From Polyangiales bacterium (lineage in GTDB: Bacteria > Myxococcota_A > Polyangia > Polyangiales > JADJQN01), in NCBI GenBank assembly GCA_964202905.1, contig CAXNJO010000004.1, forward strand, positions 416,001-480,000: DNA of 64,000 nucleotides, written 5' to 3'. A program made the translations under genes and the position numbers. This document shows, piece after piece, positions 55,128 through 64,000 of this stretch; position 1 is the stretch's first letter, and every line of letters starts with the position of its first letter. Under the pieces are notes generated by a model, which saw only the letters and a list, made by a program, of their open reading frames with translations, did no database searches and was not told the DNA's origin.

Positions 55128-58100
55128 CAGTTCCCCCCGTCGCCCGTCGCACTGCCGCCCGCGGCACCCGATGCTGCTGCGCCGCCCGTCGCCTCCGAAT
55201 CGCCCGCCTCGGCCTCCTCGGCCGTCTGACCGAGCTCGACGACGCCCGGCCGCGCGACCGCACGGTGGACATAGCCGGGCTCGCCGCGGAGTTCCGCGGC
55301 CATCGGATACTGCGTCGGGTTGAGCCGGTTCAACTCCTCCTCGCAGGTGTGCGAGTACTGATTGAACCACCGCACGCGCGTCGCGGTGATGATGCAGTAC
55401 TCGAACTTCGGCAGCGCGAGGTTGTAGAACACCGTCCGCTGCTCATTGAGAGCACCGACGTAGATGTCGTACAGCTCGGGATCGTTCTCGATCTCGGTCG
55501 GGACCGGCGCGTCGTCGAACGCGTCGACGAAGGCCGTGTACATCTGGCCGATGCGCGATGCCGCGCCGATGAGCCACTGGGGCACGTCGAGAGCCACAAG
55601 CTTGTTGTACGCGGCCTCAGCCGCTTCCAGTGCAGCCTTCTTGCGCTCGAGCCAGCGCTTGAAATCGCCGGTCGCCCAGCGGGTGACCGCATCGAGGTTG
55701 CCCTGACCGGAGTACTCCGGGAAGCGGATCCGATTGTAGGCGACGTACAGAGACTCAGCCTGGTAGAAGAGCGCCTCGCTGACGCCCGTCTTCGCCTCGA
55801 GGAGAGCGGCGGCCTTCCCGCCGTCGTCCATCTCGAGACGCGCGATCGCCTCGGGCGCGCCACGCTCCCAGAGGCGCACGGCATCCGCGAGAAACGGCAC
55901 CCCCAGCGTCTCGTTGCTCATCTCGCGGTAGGCGCGCGCGATGTGGATGTTGGCCTGGATGCTGAGTTGCGGGGGCGCCGCGCGCTCGTAGGTCCGGAGC
56001 CAAGTGCGGTAGTGGTCGACGGCCTTCGCCCAGTTGCGCTGGTTCTCGAAGACGGTGCCGATCGAAAACATGACCTGTGCGACCTCACGCGGACGCGCGG
56101 AGCGACCGGTTCGGTAATTCCGCGCGAAGAGGTTCGCGTCCTCAATCGCCTTCTCCGTCTCGCCGAGGCCAAGCCTGAAGAACACGGCGTTTTGCAGAGC
56201 CTCCACCGCGTTGGCACACGTGCCTTGTGCGCGGTCGGCGTCGGTGCAGCGAGAGCCGTCCTCGCCAGGGAAGGCCTTGGCGAATTGCTCGTAATAATCC
56301 GCGGCGCTCGAGTAGATGGCGAGTGCGTGATAGTTCGCGCCGAGCAGGTAGAGCGCGCGCTTGCCGAGTTCCGTCGTCGGGTGACGCTCGACGAGCAGCT
56401 TGCGGACCTTGATGGCGCGACCGACGAGGCGTGCCGCCTCGTAGTTGATCGCCGCGTTGTAGAGCACCTCGGGGAGACGCTCGTTCGTCGCCGCGTCCGC
56501 CTGACACTGGCGGTAGATGTCGACGTAGGCGCGCGCCGCGTCCTTGAACTGACGGTTCGCCTGGAGCGCCTCGGCCTTCTTGCGCTTGATGTCGCAGCGG
56601 AGGCTGCCGACGACGCGACAGAGGTCCCCATACTGCTCGCGGCGCTCCTGCGTGTCGCAGTACATGCCCTTGAGCGCCTCGACGTCAGTCTCGAGCGTGT
56701 CGAAGCACGCCGGACGGGCGGGGACGCTGTTCGTCCCGAGCACGTTCAAGGAGTCGAGGTAGAGGTTCGCGGCGTACTCCGCGAGCTCGGTGCTGCGGTG
56801 ATTCCAAGCGATGTCCCTGAAGAGAACGGACGCCTCCTCGTAGTGGTTCGCCTCGTAGAAGATGCGCGCGAGCCGGTACTTGACCGTAGGGAGCTCTTCG
56901 CTGTCCGTGACAAAGCAGATGAAGCGCTTGAACGCGTTCGTCATCCCCTGCTCTTGCGAGGAGAACTCGCGCGGGCGGTACTGCGCGGCCGGGTCGGGCT
57001 CTGGCTCTTCCGCTTGCGCCCCGCGCCGACCACGCCGAGGTGCTGCGCCCGCTCGCGCGCCCGCAGCGCTGCGTGTCGTGCGCTCGCTCGCCTGATACTG
57101 CGTCTGGTACAGATTGTTGTAACAGAGCACCGCGGCGTAGGCGGCATCGGAGGTGAACTCACCGCCCGGGTTCAGTTCGACGACGCGGTCGAACGCAGGC
57201 CCGCAGTTCGGCCAATCCTCCATCTTCCAGAGCAGCTCGGCGTAGAAGTAGGAGACCCGGTAGTTCGTCGGCCAGTCGCGCCGATCGATCTCGGGGAACT
57301 GCATGCTCTCCATGTCGGGGAACTTGTCGATGACGAGCTTGTAGAGCTGCGACGCGAGGCCCATCGTCGATCGGTCGTTCGTGCCGGGCTGCGTGTCCGT
57401 ACCAATCGCCTCGCGGTGCCAGGCCGTGGAGAGCTCGACGAGGATCGACGCCGTCGTCTGCTTACACGCCGTGAGCGACTCGGGAGAGTGGGAATTGCCG
57501 CGCGCCGTGAAGGTGTCGTAGAGGTCGACCATGCGCTGGATCTCGCGCGTCTGCTCGGGCTTCGGCTTCGACGAGATGATTGCGTTGCTGACGCGGCCCT
57601 GCCAGTAGCAGAGCTTGTCGCTCGCCGGGGTTGTGGCCATCAGGTCGTGGAAGACGCTGATCGCGTTCACCCACTTGCCGGTGTCGAAATACAAATCTCC
57701 GAGCTGCTCGAACATCTGCTGCGCCTGCTCTTCGTCCTTCGCGTAGCGGCGGAAGAACTCGAGCGCGCGCTCCGGATTGCCGACCTGCGCATACGGAAGG
57801 ATCAACTCGCGTCGCGCCTGCCGGGCGAGGTTTTCAACGTCCCGCGCGTCCGGGTTAGCGACGGCGAACTCGATCGTCTCGACGAACTTCTGCAGCGCAG
57901 CGCGGAAGTCTTCCTTGTTGTAATAAGCCCACGCCTGCTTGTACACGGCGTAGCCGAAGACGGGATTCCGCTCGGCAGGGATCTCGGTAACCTTCTGGTA
58001 GAACTGGAGGGCGTTGTCCATCTCGCCCTCGCCGAAGAAGTACTCGGCGAAGGACAGATACGCGTTGGGGATGAACTTCGACTGCGGGAAGCCCTTGATC

Positions 58101-58831
58101 AGGCGGAAGTAGACCTGACGTGCGCGGTCGAACTGCCGCATCTCCTCCAGCGCGAAGCCGAGCGAGAACAAGACCTCATCCATGCGGCGGTAGTTCGGAT
58201 GATCCTGCACGAGCGTGGCGTAGGTGCGGATCGCGTCCTCGCGCGCGCCCTTGAGGGACTCCTCGGCGGCCGTCTGCGCCTGGCGCTGCTGGCGGCAGTT
58301 GTTCGCGTTCTTCTGGCGGTCGCATGCTTGGAAGATCGGGTCATCGAAGCTGCGGACCTGCGCGGTCAACGTCTGCTGCAGTTCGAAGTACGACTCGGCG
58401 AGACGCAAGAGGATGTCGGGCCGACGGGGATCGTTCGTGCGCGTGTTGCGCACGAGCCGCTCAGTGAGCTGGATCTCGCGACGCAGGAGCTGCTCGCCCC
58501 GCTGCCGAATCTCTGCAGCGCGTCCGGTCGCCGTCGAGGCGTCAATCTCGAAGCTTGGGCCTGTAGGACCCTGCTTCTTCTCCTCGACGCGGCGCTTGCT
58601 CGTCGTGAGGTGCGAGCTTGGCGCCGACCCCGCGGACTTCGTCGCGCGCGGGGCGTTGCTCGGGCATGCGGTGAGCCGGGGAGCGATGTCCGGCCCGATG
58701 CAGAAGCTCGGCGAGGCCGCCGCAGGCGTTGCCGCCGCGGCTCCCCCGCCGTCCTGGGCTCCGACGAGCACCGGGACGGTGGCGGCGAGCATCGAGAGAA
58801 CAACCAGCCCCACGAGGCGCATACGAGACAT
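55127..58831 (-). CDS. gltD: Gliding TPR protein GltD (AgmU)
   Basis: 1,234 aa with signal peptide. ILLRLAESY, YRRMDEVLFSLG, LIKGFPQSKFIPNAYLSFAEYFF, C-terminal WFNQYS..C...L....P.QYP. Synteny. Confidence 0.85.
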   Translation of the reverse strand: MSRMRLVGLVVLSMLAATVPVLVGAQDGGGAAAATPAAASPSFCIGPDIAPRLTACPSNAPRATKSAGSAPSSHLTTSKRRVEEKKQGPTGPSFEIDASTATGRAAEIRQRGEQLLRREIQLTERLVRNTRTNDPRRPDILLRLAESYFELQQTLTAQVRSFDDPIFQACDRQKNANNCRQQRQAQTAAEESLKGAREDAIRTYATLVQDHPNYRRMDEVLFSLGFALEEMRQFDRARQVYFRLIKGFPQSKFIPNAYLSFAEYFFGEGEMDNALQFYQKVTEIPAERNPVFGYAVYKQAWAYYNKEDFRAALQKFVETIEFAVANPDARDVENLARQARRELILPYAQVGNPERALEFFRRYAKDEEQAQQMFEQLGDLYFDTGKWVNAISVFHDLMATTPASDKLCYWQGRVSNAIISSKPKPEQTREIQRMVDLYDTFTARGNSHSPESLTACKQTTASILVELSTAWHREAIGTDTQPGTNDRSTMGLASQLYKLVIDKFPDMESMQFPEIDRRDWPTNYRVSYFYAELLWKMEDWPNCGPAFDRVVELNPGGEFTSDAAYAAVLCYNNLYQTQYQASERTTRSAAGARAGAAPRRGRRGAQAEEPEPDPAAQYRPREFSSQEQGMTNAFKRFICFVTDSEELPTVKYRLARIFYEANHYEEASVLFRDIAWNHRSTELAEYAANLYLDSLNVLGTNSVPARPACFDTLETDVEALKGMYCDTQERREQYGDLCRVVGSLRCDIKRKKAEALQANRQFKDAARAYVDIYRQCQADAATNERLPEVLYNAAINYEAARLVGRAIKVRKLLVERHPTTELGKRALYLLGANYHALAIYSSAADYYEQFAKAFPGEDGSRCTDADRAQGTCANAVEALQNAVFFRLGLGETEKAIEDANLFARNYRTGRSARPREVAQVMFSIGTVFENQRNWAKAVDHYRTWLRTYERAAPPQLSIQANIHIARAYREMSNETLGVPFLADAVRLWERGAPEAIARLEMDDGGKAAALLEAKTGVSEALFYQAESLYVAYNRIRFPEYSGQGNLDAVTRWATGDFKRWLERKKAALEAAEAAYNKLVALDVPQWLIGAASRIGQMYTAFVDAFDDAPVPTEIENDPELYDIYVGALNEQRTVFYNLALPKFEYCIITATRVRWFNQYSHTCEEELNRLNPTQYPMAAELRGEPGYVHRAVARPGVVELGQTAEEAEAGDSEATGGAAASGAAGGSATGDGGN

Positions 58832-58885
58832 GGAAAACCCTCCGACTGCGGTCAGCCGAGTGAGAAGATCAGCGATGTGCGGGAC

Positions 58886-60646
58886 TCAACGGCCGCACTG
58901 CGAAGTAACCTGCTGGCGGTAGAAGCCAAGCTCGTCGCGCCAGAATTCGCCGTCGAACGGCCACATCTGGTGCTCCTCGTCGACCTCGACGTTGCCGCCG
59001 CCCGAGCGGGCAGCTTCCGTCATCTGCTGCTGCGCGTCCTGCTCGAGGCCACCGCGGGTGTACGTGTTGATCTCGAGTTCGATCGTGTCGGCCTGGTTCT
59101 GCAGGTCTTGGAGTTCTTCGATCAGGCGGTTGTAGCGGCCGCGCGCGAGGTCGCCCGTCTGATCGATCGCGAAGGCTTTGGCGATGGCGATGTCCTGACG
59201 GATACGGATGCCGAGCGACGAACCCGAGAAGGCCTGCGGCGCGCGGGTCAGACGCTGGTCCTCCTCGTCGAGGAGTCGGACGTATTCGAGATTCCGGAGA
59301 ACGGTGCGGTCTGAGAGGGCGGACGAGACGATGCCGCGGATACGCGGGCTGAGGTTCGCCTGACCACCGCGGACGCGCTGGAGGAACTCGTAGAACGCGT
59401 TGTTGTCTTGGAACTGAGCAAGCGTGGTCTCGAGCTCGCTCTTGACCGGATCGAAGCGCTCGTGGAACTGGCCGATCATCGCCTCGGCGTTCGGCATCTG
59501 GCAGTTCGAGAAGAACACGACGGCCTTGAGCACGAGCGCCTCGGGGTAGTAGGCGCGGTCGAAATACGGCGAGTAGAGCGTGTGGACGTTGCCGAGCGCG
59601 CGGGCGTACTCGTCGGCCAGGAAGAACGCCCACGATTCCTCGAAGAGCGCGTCGAGCCAGTACTCGGAGCCCTGGGGGACGCGGTTCCACGCTTCGACCG
59701 CGTTGCCGAGGAGCCGCCCGTCGACCTGCCGCTCACCCGTTTCCGCGTTCACGCGGTTGGCAGCCGTGTAGTAGACGCGCGCAAGCGACAGCCACGCGAG
59801 GTCCTCGAGGCGGTCCTCATCCTCGACGCCCTCCACGGCGCCCTCTTCGACGGCCTCGATGATGCCGCGGAAGGAGCGGATCGCCGGCTGAGCGCGGCGC
59901 ATGCGGACGTGCGTGATGCCCTCGAAGAAGCGGGCCGGGACGAGGAAACGCGAGCGGCTGTCGACCTTCTGGAAGAGCGTCACGGCCTCGTCGAACTCGC
60001 CCTGCGAGTACTTGAAGCGACCCATCAGATAGAGGAGTTGGTTGTACAGTTCGGCGCTCTCGGCGTTGTTGAACTGCTCGAGTTGGTCGACGCCGTAACG
60101 GCCGACCTTCTCGACGATGCCCGCGGGCTCGGGAAGCTGCGAAGCGAGTTGGGCAAGCCACTGCAGCGTCTGCCCGAAGAAGTTGTGCGCCTGGCCTTGC
60201 TGGCCGATCTCGTCGAAAACGGCGAGCGCGCTCTGGTAGTAGCGCAGGTGGTAAAGGCACTTGCCCAGGAAGAACTGCGCCTTCTGGACGTTGGCCGGTG
60301 CGTCCTGCGTCTCCCCCTCGACCACGCGCTGGAACTGCACGGCGCCTTCGAGGTACTTCTCCTGCTGATACAGGCGAAGTGCGTTCGCGAGCGCCTCGGA
60401 CGGCGGCCCCTCCGCCGGCGGCGCAGGCGGTTGCCCCGTCTCATCGACGCTGAACGTCATGTCCTGCGCGCTCGCGTGCGACGCGGTGCCGACGGCCGAG
60501 AGCACGACGAACGATGCGGCCGCGACGAGTCCGCGCCCGCGCGGCGCGCGCGATGCGAGGGCGCGGAGGCCAGTTCCCCGGGGATCGATGTCCTGCGACG
60601 CGGTCGCGGTGCGGGGGGCGTTCACATTTCCGGCGATCGGACTCAT
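58886..60646 (-). CDS. gltC: Gliding protein GltC
   Basis: GGAGG before ATG 60646. Signal peptide, TPRs, WLDALFEESWAFF...ALGNVHTLYSPYF, C-terminal WPFDGEFWRDELGFYR.....C. Confidence 0.8.
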   Translation of the reverse strand: MSPIAGNVNAPRTATASQDIDPRGTGLRALASRAPRGRGLVAAASFVVLSAVGTASHASAQDMTFSVDETGQPPAPPAEGPPSEALANALRLYQQEKYLEGAVQFQRVVEGETQDAPANVQKAQFFLGKCLYHLRYYQSALAVFDEIGQQGQAHNFFGQTLQWLAQLASQLPEPAGIVEKVGRYGVDQLEQFNNAESAELYNQLLYLMGRFKYSQGEFDEAVTLFQKVDSRSRFLVPARFFEGITHVRMRRAQPAIRSFRGIIEAVEEGAVEGVEDEDRLEDLAWLSLARVYYTAANRVNAETGERQVDGRLLGNAVEAWNRVPQGSEYWLDALFEESWAFFLADEYARALGNVHTLYSPYFDRAYYPEALVLKAVVFFSNCQMPNAEAMIGQFHERFDPVKSELETTLAQFQDNNAFYEFLQRVRGGQANLSPRIRGIVSSALSDRTVLRNLEYVRLLDEEDQRLTRAPQAFSGSSLGIRIRQDIAIAKAFAIDQTGDLARGRYNRLIEELQDLQNQADTIELEINTYTRGGLEQDAQQQMTEAARSGGGNVEVDEEHQMWPFDGEFWRDELGFYRQQVTSQCGR

Positions 60647-60755
60647 CGGCAATCCTCCACTGAGGGGGAACGTGCTGCTGGCCACCAGCGCCCGGGGATG
60701 GTCCGAGCGCCAGAAAAACGAAAAGATTCAGGACGTTAGGAACAGGGCGGGCCGG

Positions 60756-60785
60756 ATGATAAAGAGGCTCATCGCGCGATGTCAA
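60756..60785 (-). promoter_or_regulatory. Sigma70-type promoter for gltC-G
   Basis: TTGACA (60785-60780), 18-nt spacer, TATCAT (60761-60756), in a locally AT-richer intergenic region. Confidence 0.65.
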
Positions 60786-60867
60786 GGGAAAACGGGTCGA
60801 TGCTTTCGACTCGGTAGACCCGTCGCGGGAGCGCTTGCCGGCGTCGCGGCGCACGGCGCATCCACGC

Positions 60868-60897
60868 TTGACACCCGCCCCGCCGGCGACGTAGCTT
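60868..60897 (+). promoter_or_regulatory. Sigma70-type promoter for the divergent lipoprotein gene
   Basis: TTGACA (60868-60873), 18-nt spacer, TAGCTT (60892-60897). Confidence 0.55.
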
Positions 60898-60973
60898 GCG
60901 GCCGATCGTGATGTGCCTCCGGCCGCGACCAACCGCCCACGAGACGACCGTTCCACTCATGGAGATGACGACG

Positions 60974-61384
60974 ATGAACCGCTCCCTCGCGCAGATCCTG
61001 ACGGTGCTCGCCGTCGCCCTCGCGGCCTTGTCCGCGACCGGCTGTCAGGTCGAGGCCGTCGGCGACCCCTGCGTCCCGGAGAACGTGCCCCCGGGAGGTT
61101 TCCTCAGCGGCGAGGCCTACCTGGAGACGAGTTCCGTCCAATGTCGGACCCGCGTCTGCATTGTCAACGACCTCCAGGGTGATCCGACCCGCGTCGGCTG
61201 CACCGAAGAAGGTTGCGTTTCTCAGCCGGAAGTCGACGACAGCGTCTACTGTACCTGCCGCTGCGACGGCCCTGCCGGCGCCGCCGACTTCTGCGAGTGC
61301 CCCGAGGGCTTCGAGTGCAAGCAGGTGCTCTCGAGCGGAGGCGTCGGAATCGTCGGCAGCTACTGCGTCAAGCCCAAGCTCTGA
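60974..61384 (+). CDS. Cys-rich lipoprotein, CglC/GltK-like
   Basis: GGAGA before ATG. Lipobox ATG-C; VGDPC...QCRTRVC...VYCTCRC...SYCVK. Divergent from gltC, as gltK is from gltBAC in M. xanthus. The assignment rests on Cys pattern and position. Confidence 0.7.
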   Translation: MNRSLAQILTVLAVALAALSATGCQVEAVGDPCVPENVPPGGFLSGEAYLETSSVQCRTRVCIVNDLQGDPTRVGCTEEGCVSQPEVDDSVYCTCRCDGPAGAADFCECPEGFECKQVLSSGGVGIVGSYCVKPKL

Positions 61385-61407
61385 ACGCCTCGCCAGGGTC
61401 GCCGCTG

Positions 61408-61905
61408 TTGGAACGCTCCGCGCCGAAGTCGGGTCGCTCATCCCGCCCCAAGGCGGAGTTCGCTTCGAAAGCCTCGGATACCCCCGAAGCGCCGGTCTCC
61501 CGGACCCGTGCGAAGTCCTCTCCCGTCGACGCCCGAGCCCCGTCTCCGGGCGTCGACGCACGCCAAACCCTCGGGCGGCGCGCGGAGGCCTTCGTGGCGG
61601 ACAAGCTCGTCGCCGACGGCTTCACGATCCTCGCCCGCAACGCACGCGTGGGTCGCCTCGAACTCGATTTGGTCGCGCGCCGCGGCTCGCTGATCGTGTT
61701 CTGCGAGGTCCGCGCGCGGCGGCGCGACGACTTCATGGCCCCGGCGGAGTCGCTCGATCGTCGCAAGCGCGAGCGTGTACGGCGCGCCGCAACGATGTGG
61801 TTGGCGAGCTCCGGGCTGCGGGGCGTGGATGCGCGTCTCGACGTCGCAGCCCTCGTCGCGCGAGACGGCGAGTTCGCGCTCGAGTACTACGAAGACGCGT
61901 TCTGA
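61408..61905 (+). CDS. YraN-family putative endonuclease
   Basis: LGRRAEAFVA...GFTILARN...ELDLVA...IVFCEVRARR...RLDV...YEDAF. Start uncertain. Confidence 0.85.
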   Translation: MERSAPKSGRSSRPKAEFASKASDTPEAPVSRTRAKSSPVDARAPSPGVDARQTLGRRAEAFVADKLVADGFTILARNARVGRLELDLVARRGSLIVFCEVRARRRDDFMAPAESLDRRKRERVRRAATMWLASSGLRGVDARLDVAALVARDGEFALEYYEDAF

Positions 61906-61953
61906 AGCGAGCGGCTAAGGCGATCGCGGCGCACGCGGGGTGCGCCTAGACGG

Positions 61954-62581
61954 TCACTCGAGCTCGGCGCGCATCCGATCGTGGAGCTCGGTGAGATCGC
62001 GGATGACGTCTTCCGGCGCACCGGCGGCCCGCGCCCGCGTGATCGTGGTCGCGAGTGAGGCAATCTCCTCTGCCTGGCGGCGCCGAAGTTCCTCGACCAT
62101 CCCCTCGAACGCCAAGAACACGTCCTGCAATTCGTCGCCCTTGCGGAGCTTGCCCACCACTTTGAGATGACCGTCGCGGACCTGACCGAGCAGCAACTTC
62201 AGCTTGTGCGCGGGCCCGACGAGTTTGTGCGTGACGAGGATGCCGGTGACGACCGAGCGTCACGGCTGATGAGACGCGATGCCGCCAATGATGGAAAAAA
62301 GAACCTTACTGGTCTTCGTCTCGTGCCCAACGCACCGAAGTCGTTGCGCACCGACGGGATCGAGATCGGGCTCGTATTTCATCGTGATGGTAGAGCGACT
62401 CGGTCTGACCCCGGGAATAGTCGTAGGCGAAGTAACCGAGGACGCTCGCGATCGACGAGCGGTGACACGCGACGACCATGCCCGTGTACTTGAGCTGGAA
62501 GCGCGGCTGCAGGAGGTAGTTGCGCAGGTGGCGCTTCGGGGGGCCGCCCGGATTGGGAAGGGATTGCGTCTCTGACGACAT
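61954..62581 (-). CDS. Membrane protein with HAMP-like domain, heavily disrupted by indels
   Basis: N-terminus RHLRNYLLQPRFQLKYTGMVV. GILVTHKLVGPA near 62210-62245. C-terminus GHLKVVGKLRKGDELQDVFLAFEGMVEELR. Confidence 0.65.
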
Positions 62582-62679
62582 CGGCGTCTCCGCGAGGGCT
62601 GTCGAACGAGCGGACGGGATTGTCCAAGACCGGGACCGGGATGACAAGATTTGCGCCGCTCGTTGCGGCATCTCGGACA

Positions 62680-63612
62680 CTAGGGCACAGCGCGGGCCGT
62701 CGCTGCGCTCGCCTCGAGCGCCTGCGGGAGGCGGCGCAGGGCGCCGGTGAGCGCCGCCTCGATGGCCTGTTGGCGCGCCGCGTCGCCGCTGCCGGCGCCG
62801 GAGACGGTGGCTGCACCCTGCAGGATCGAGCGCATGTCGCGCCCCGGGTAGGTGTTGACGATGACGGACACCGCGGCGCGGAGCGCGCCGCCCGGGCGCT
62901 CCTCGAGGGACGTCACCGACACGTCGAGGAAGTAACCGACGAGACGATCGCGCTGGATCACCCGGCGCGCAGCGGTGTTCGTCTCTTCGGACGGCGCGAC
63001 GCGCACGCCCGGGACCTGAGCCAAGCTGTCCACGATGAACGTCCGCGCCGAGGCGAGCGCGGTCGCGCCGATCGCGACTGTCGATGCGGGCGTCGAGACG
63101 CCGACGTAGAAGCGCGCGGGTCCGCTTGGCGCCGGAGTGACCACCGCCGTGCTCGCGGGCGGTGACACGGGGCGTGCGCCGCCGTTCGTGCGGGCCACGC
63201 GCTCGAGGGCCGTTGCGGCCCGGCGCGCAGCGGCTTTCACGCCCGGGTCGGCGTCGCGCGTCGCGAGTGTGCGGAGGGTGTCCAACGCGGTGACCTCGGC
63301 CCTTGCTGCAATCGAGGACACGATCGCGGTGCGCACCGCAGGGTGCTCGTCTCCGAGCGCGCGCACGAGGGCCCCGCCCACCCCGGGGTCGTCGGTGCCG
63401 GTGCGCGCGAGCGCCAGCGCGGCCTGCGCGCGCACGCGGAATTGATCGGACGTGGTCATCAACCGCACGAGGTAGTCCGCCCGCGCATCGGCCGACGCGC
63501 GCAGCGGAAGCGCAGCGGTCATCAGCAGGGCAAACGCTCCGAGCAGCACGCGCAAACGCCGTGTGCGCTCGAGGGGGACGAGCGCTGCATCCTTCGAGCG
63601 GCCTGCCGACAT
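62680..63612 (-). CDS. Exported HEAT-repeat protein
   Basis: Signal-like LLGAFALLMTAALPLRASA-D; FRVRAQAALALA; LGDEHPAVRTA; C-terminal alpha/beta domain. Start approximate. Confidence 0.8.
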   Translation of the reverse strand: MSAGRSKDAALVPLERTRRLRVLLGAFALLMTAALPLRASADARADYLVRLMTTSDQFRVRAQAALALARTGTDDPGVGGALVRALGDEHPAVRTAIVSSIAARAEVTALDTLRTLATRDADPGVKAAARRAATALERVARTNGGARPVSPPASTAVVTPAPSGPARFYVGVSTPASTVAIGATALASARTFIVDSLAQVPGVRVAPSEETNTAARRVIQRDRLVGYFLDVSVTSLEERPGGALRAAVSVIVNTYPGRDMRSILQGAATVSGAGSGDAARQQAIEAALTGALRRLPQALEASAATARAVP

Positions 63613-63856
63613 GGGCGTGTCCTCTCTCTGCGCGGGCGGGGCCGGCGTCCCCGCCGGGCCCGGGCGACGTCCGGCGCCACGCGGGCCTTTCGACGCGGGC
63701 ACGACAGCCGTGTTCACGCGCTCAGGCACGGCTGAGTATTTCCCCACCTCGGCCGACCGCGCAATGCGCCCCCGGGCGATCTCGAGGTTCCGACGCGCGA
63801 CGAGGCGCGCGCGAACCGCTGTTGCGCGAGGAGTCACGAGATCGCAGCCTCGACGC

Positions 63857-64000
63857 GTGCGCCGGCTCGTCATGTCTGCCGTGTTCGCAGGGCTCGTCGT
63901 GCTTGCGCGCACGAGCGAAGCCGGTGCGCAGCCCGTCGTGCAGGTGCGCGCGGAGAGCCGCATCGAGCTCCGCGCTGGCTGGGGCCACGGGGCGCTTCGG
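63857..64000 (+). CDS. Partial CDS running off the right edge, probable signal peptide
   Basis: VRRLVMSAVFAGLVVLARTSEAGA-QPVVQVRAESRIEL. Confidence 0.5.
   Translation, partial: MRRLVMSAVFAGLVVLARTSEAGAQPVVQVRAESRIELRAGWGHGALR

Overview
Very GC-rich window from a myxobacterium (Myxococcota; the protein style suggests Polyangia/Sandaracinaceae, which is an inference). Left end: a ~3,400-aa TPR protein and a TPR lipoprotein, divergent from a HEAT protein and a beta-propeller/HEAT/GltG-like lipoprotein. Middle: a J-domain protein, a TPR protein with a TFIIB-like tail, a methyltransferase, a glycosyltransferase, a small Cys-rich lipoprotein coupled to a ferritin-like di-iron protein, a cyclophilin, DUF192, an aldehyde dehydrogenase, three decayed EGF/cadherin-like/FG-GAP paralogs, an MBL hydrolase, an amidohydrolase, an orphan MglA-like GTPase, a sulfatase-fold/HEAT protein, recG, greA, an esterase, carB, tsaE and an M1 peptidase with a membrane partner. 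Right end: an internally deleted group IIC intron just after the terminator of a gliding-motility operon (gltC-D-E-F-G, divergent from a cglC/gltK-like gene), then YraN, HAMP and HEAT genes. Many genes, including carB, are broken by single-base insertions that look like long-read errors, so most frameshifts are not treated as biology. The best candidates for uncharacterised systems are the lipoprotein/ferritin-like pair (20.1-21.5 kb) and the TPR/propeller module (0.2-15.4 kb). No rRNA, tRNA or CRISPR array was seen. All family assignments come from motif recognition by eye; no database search was run.
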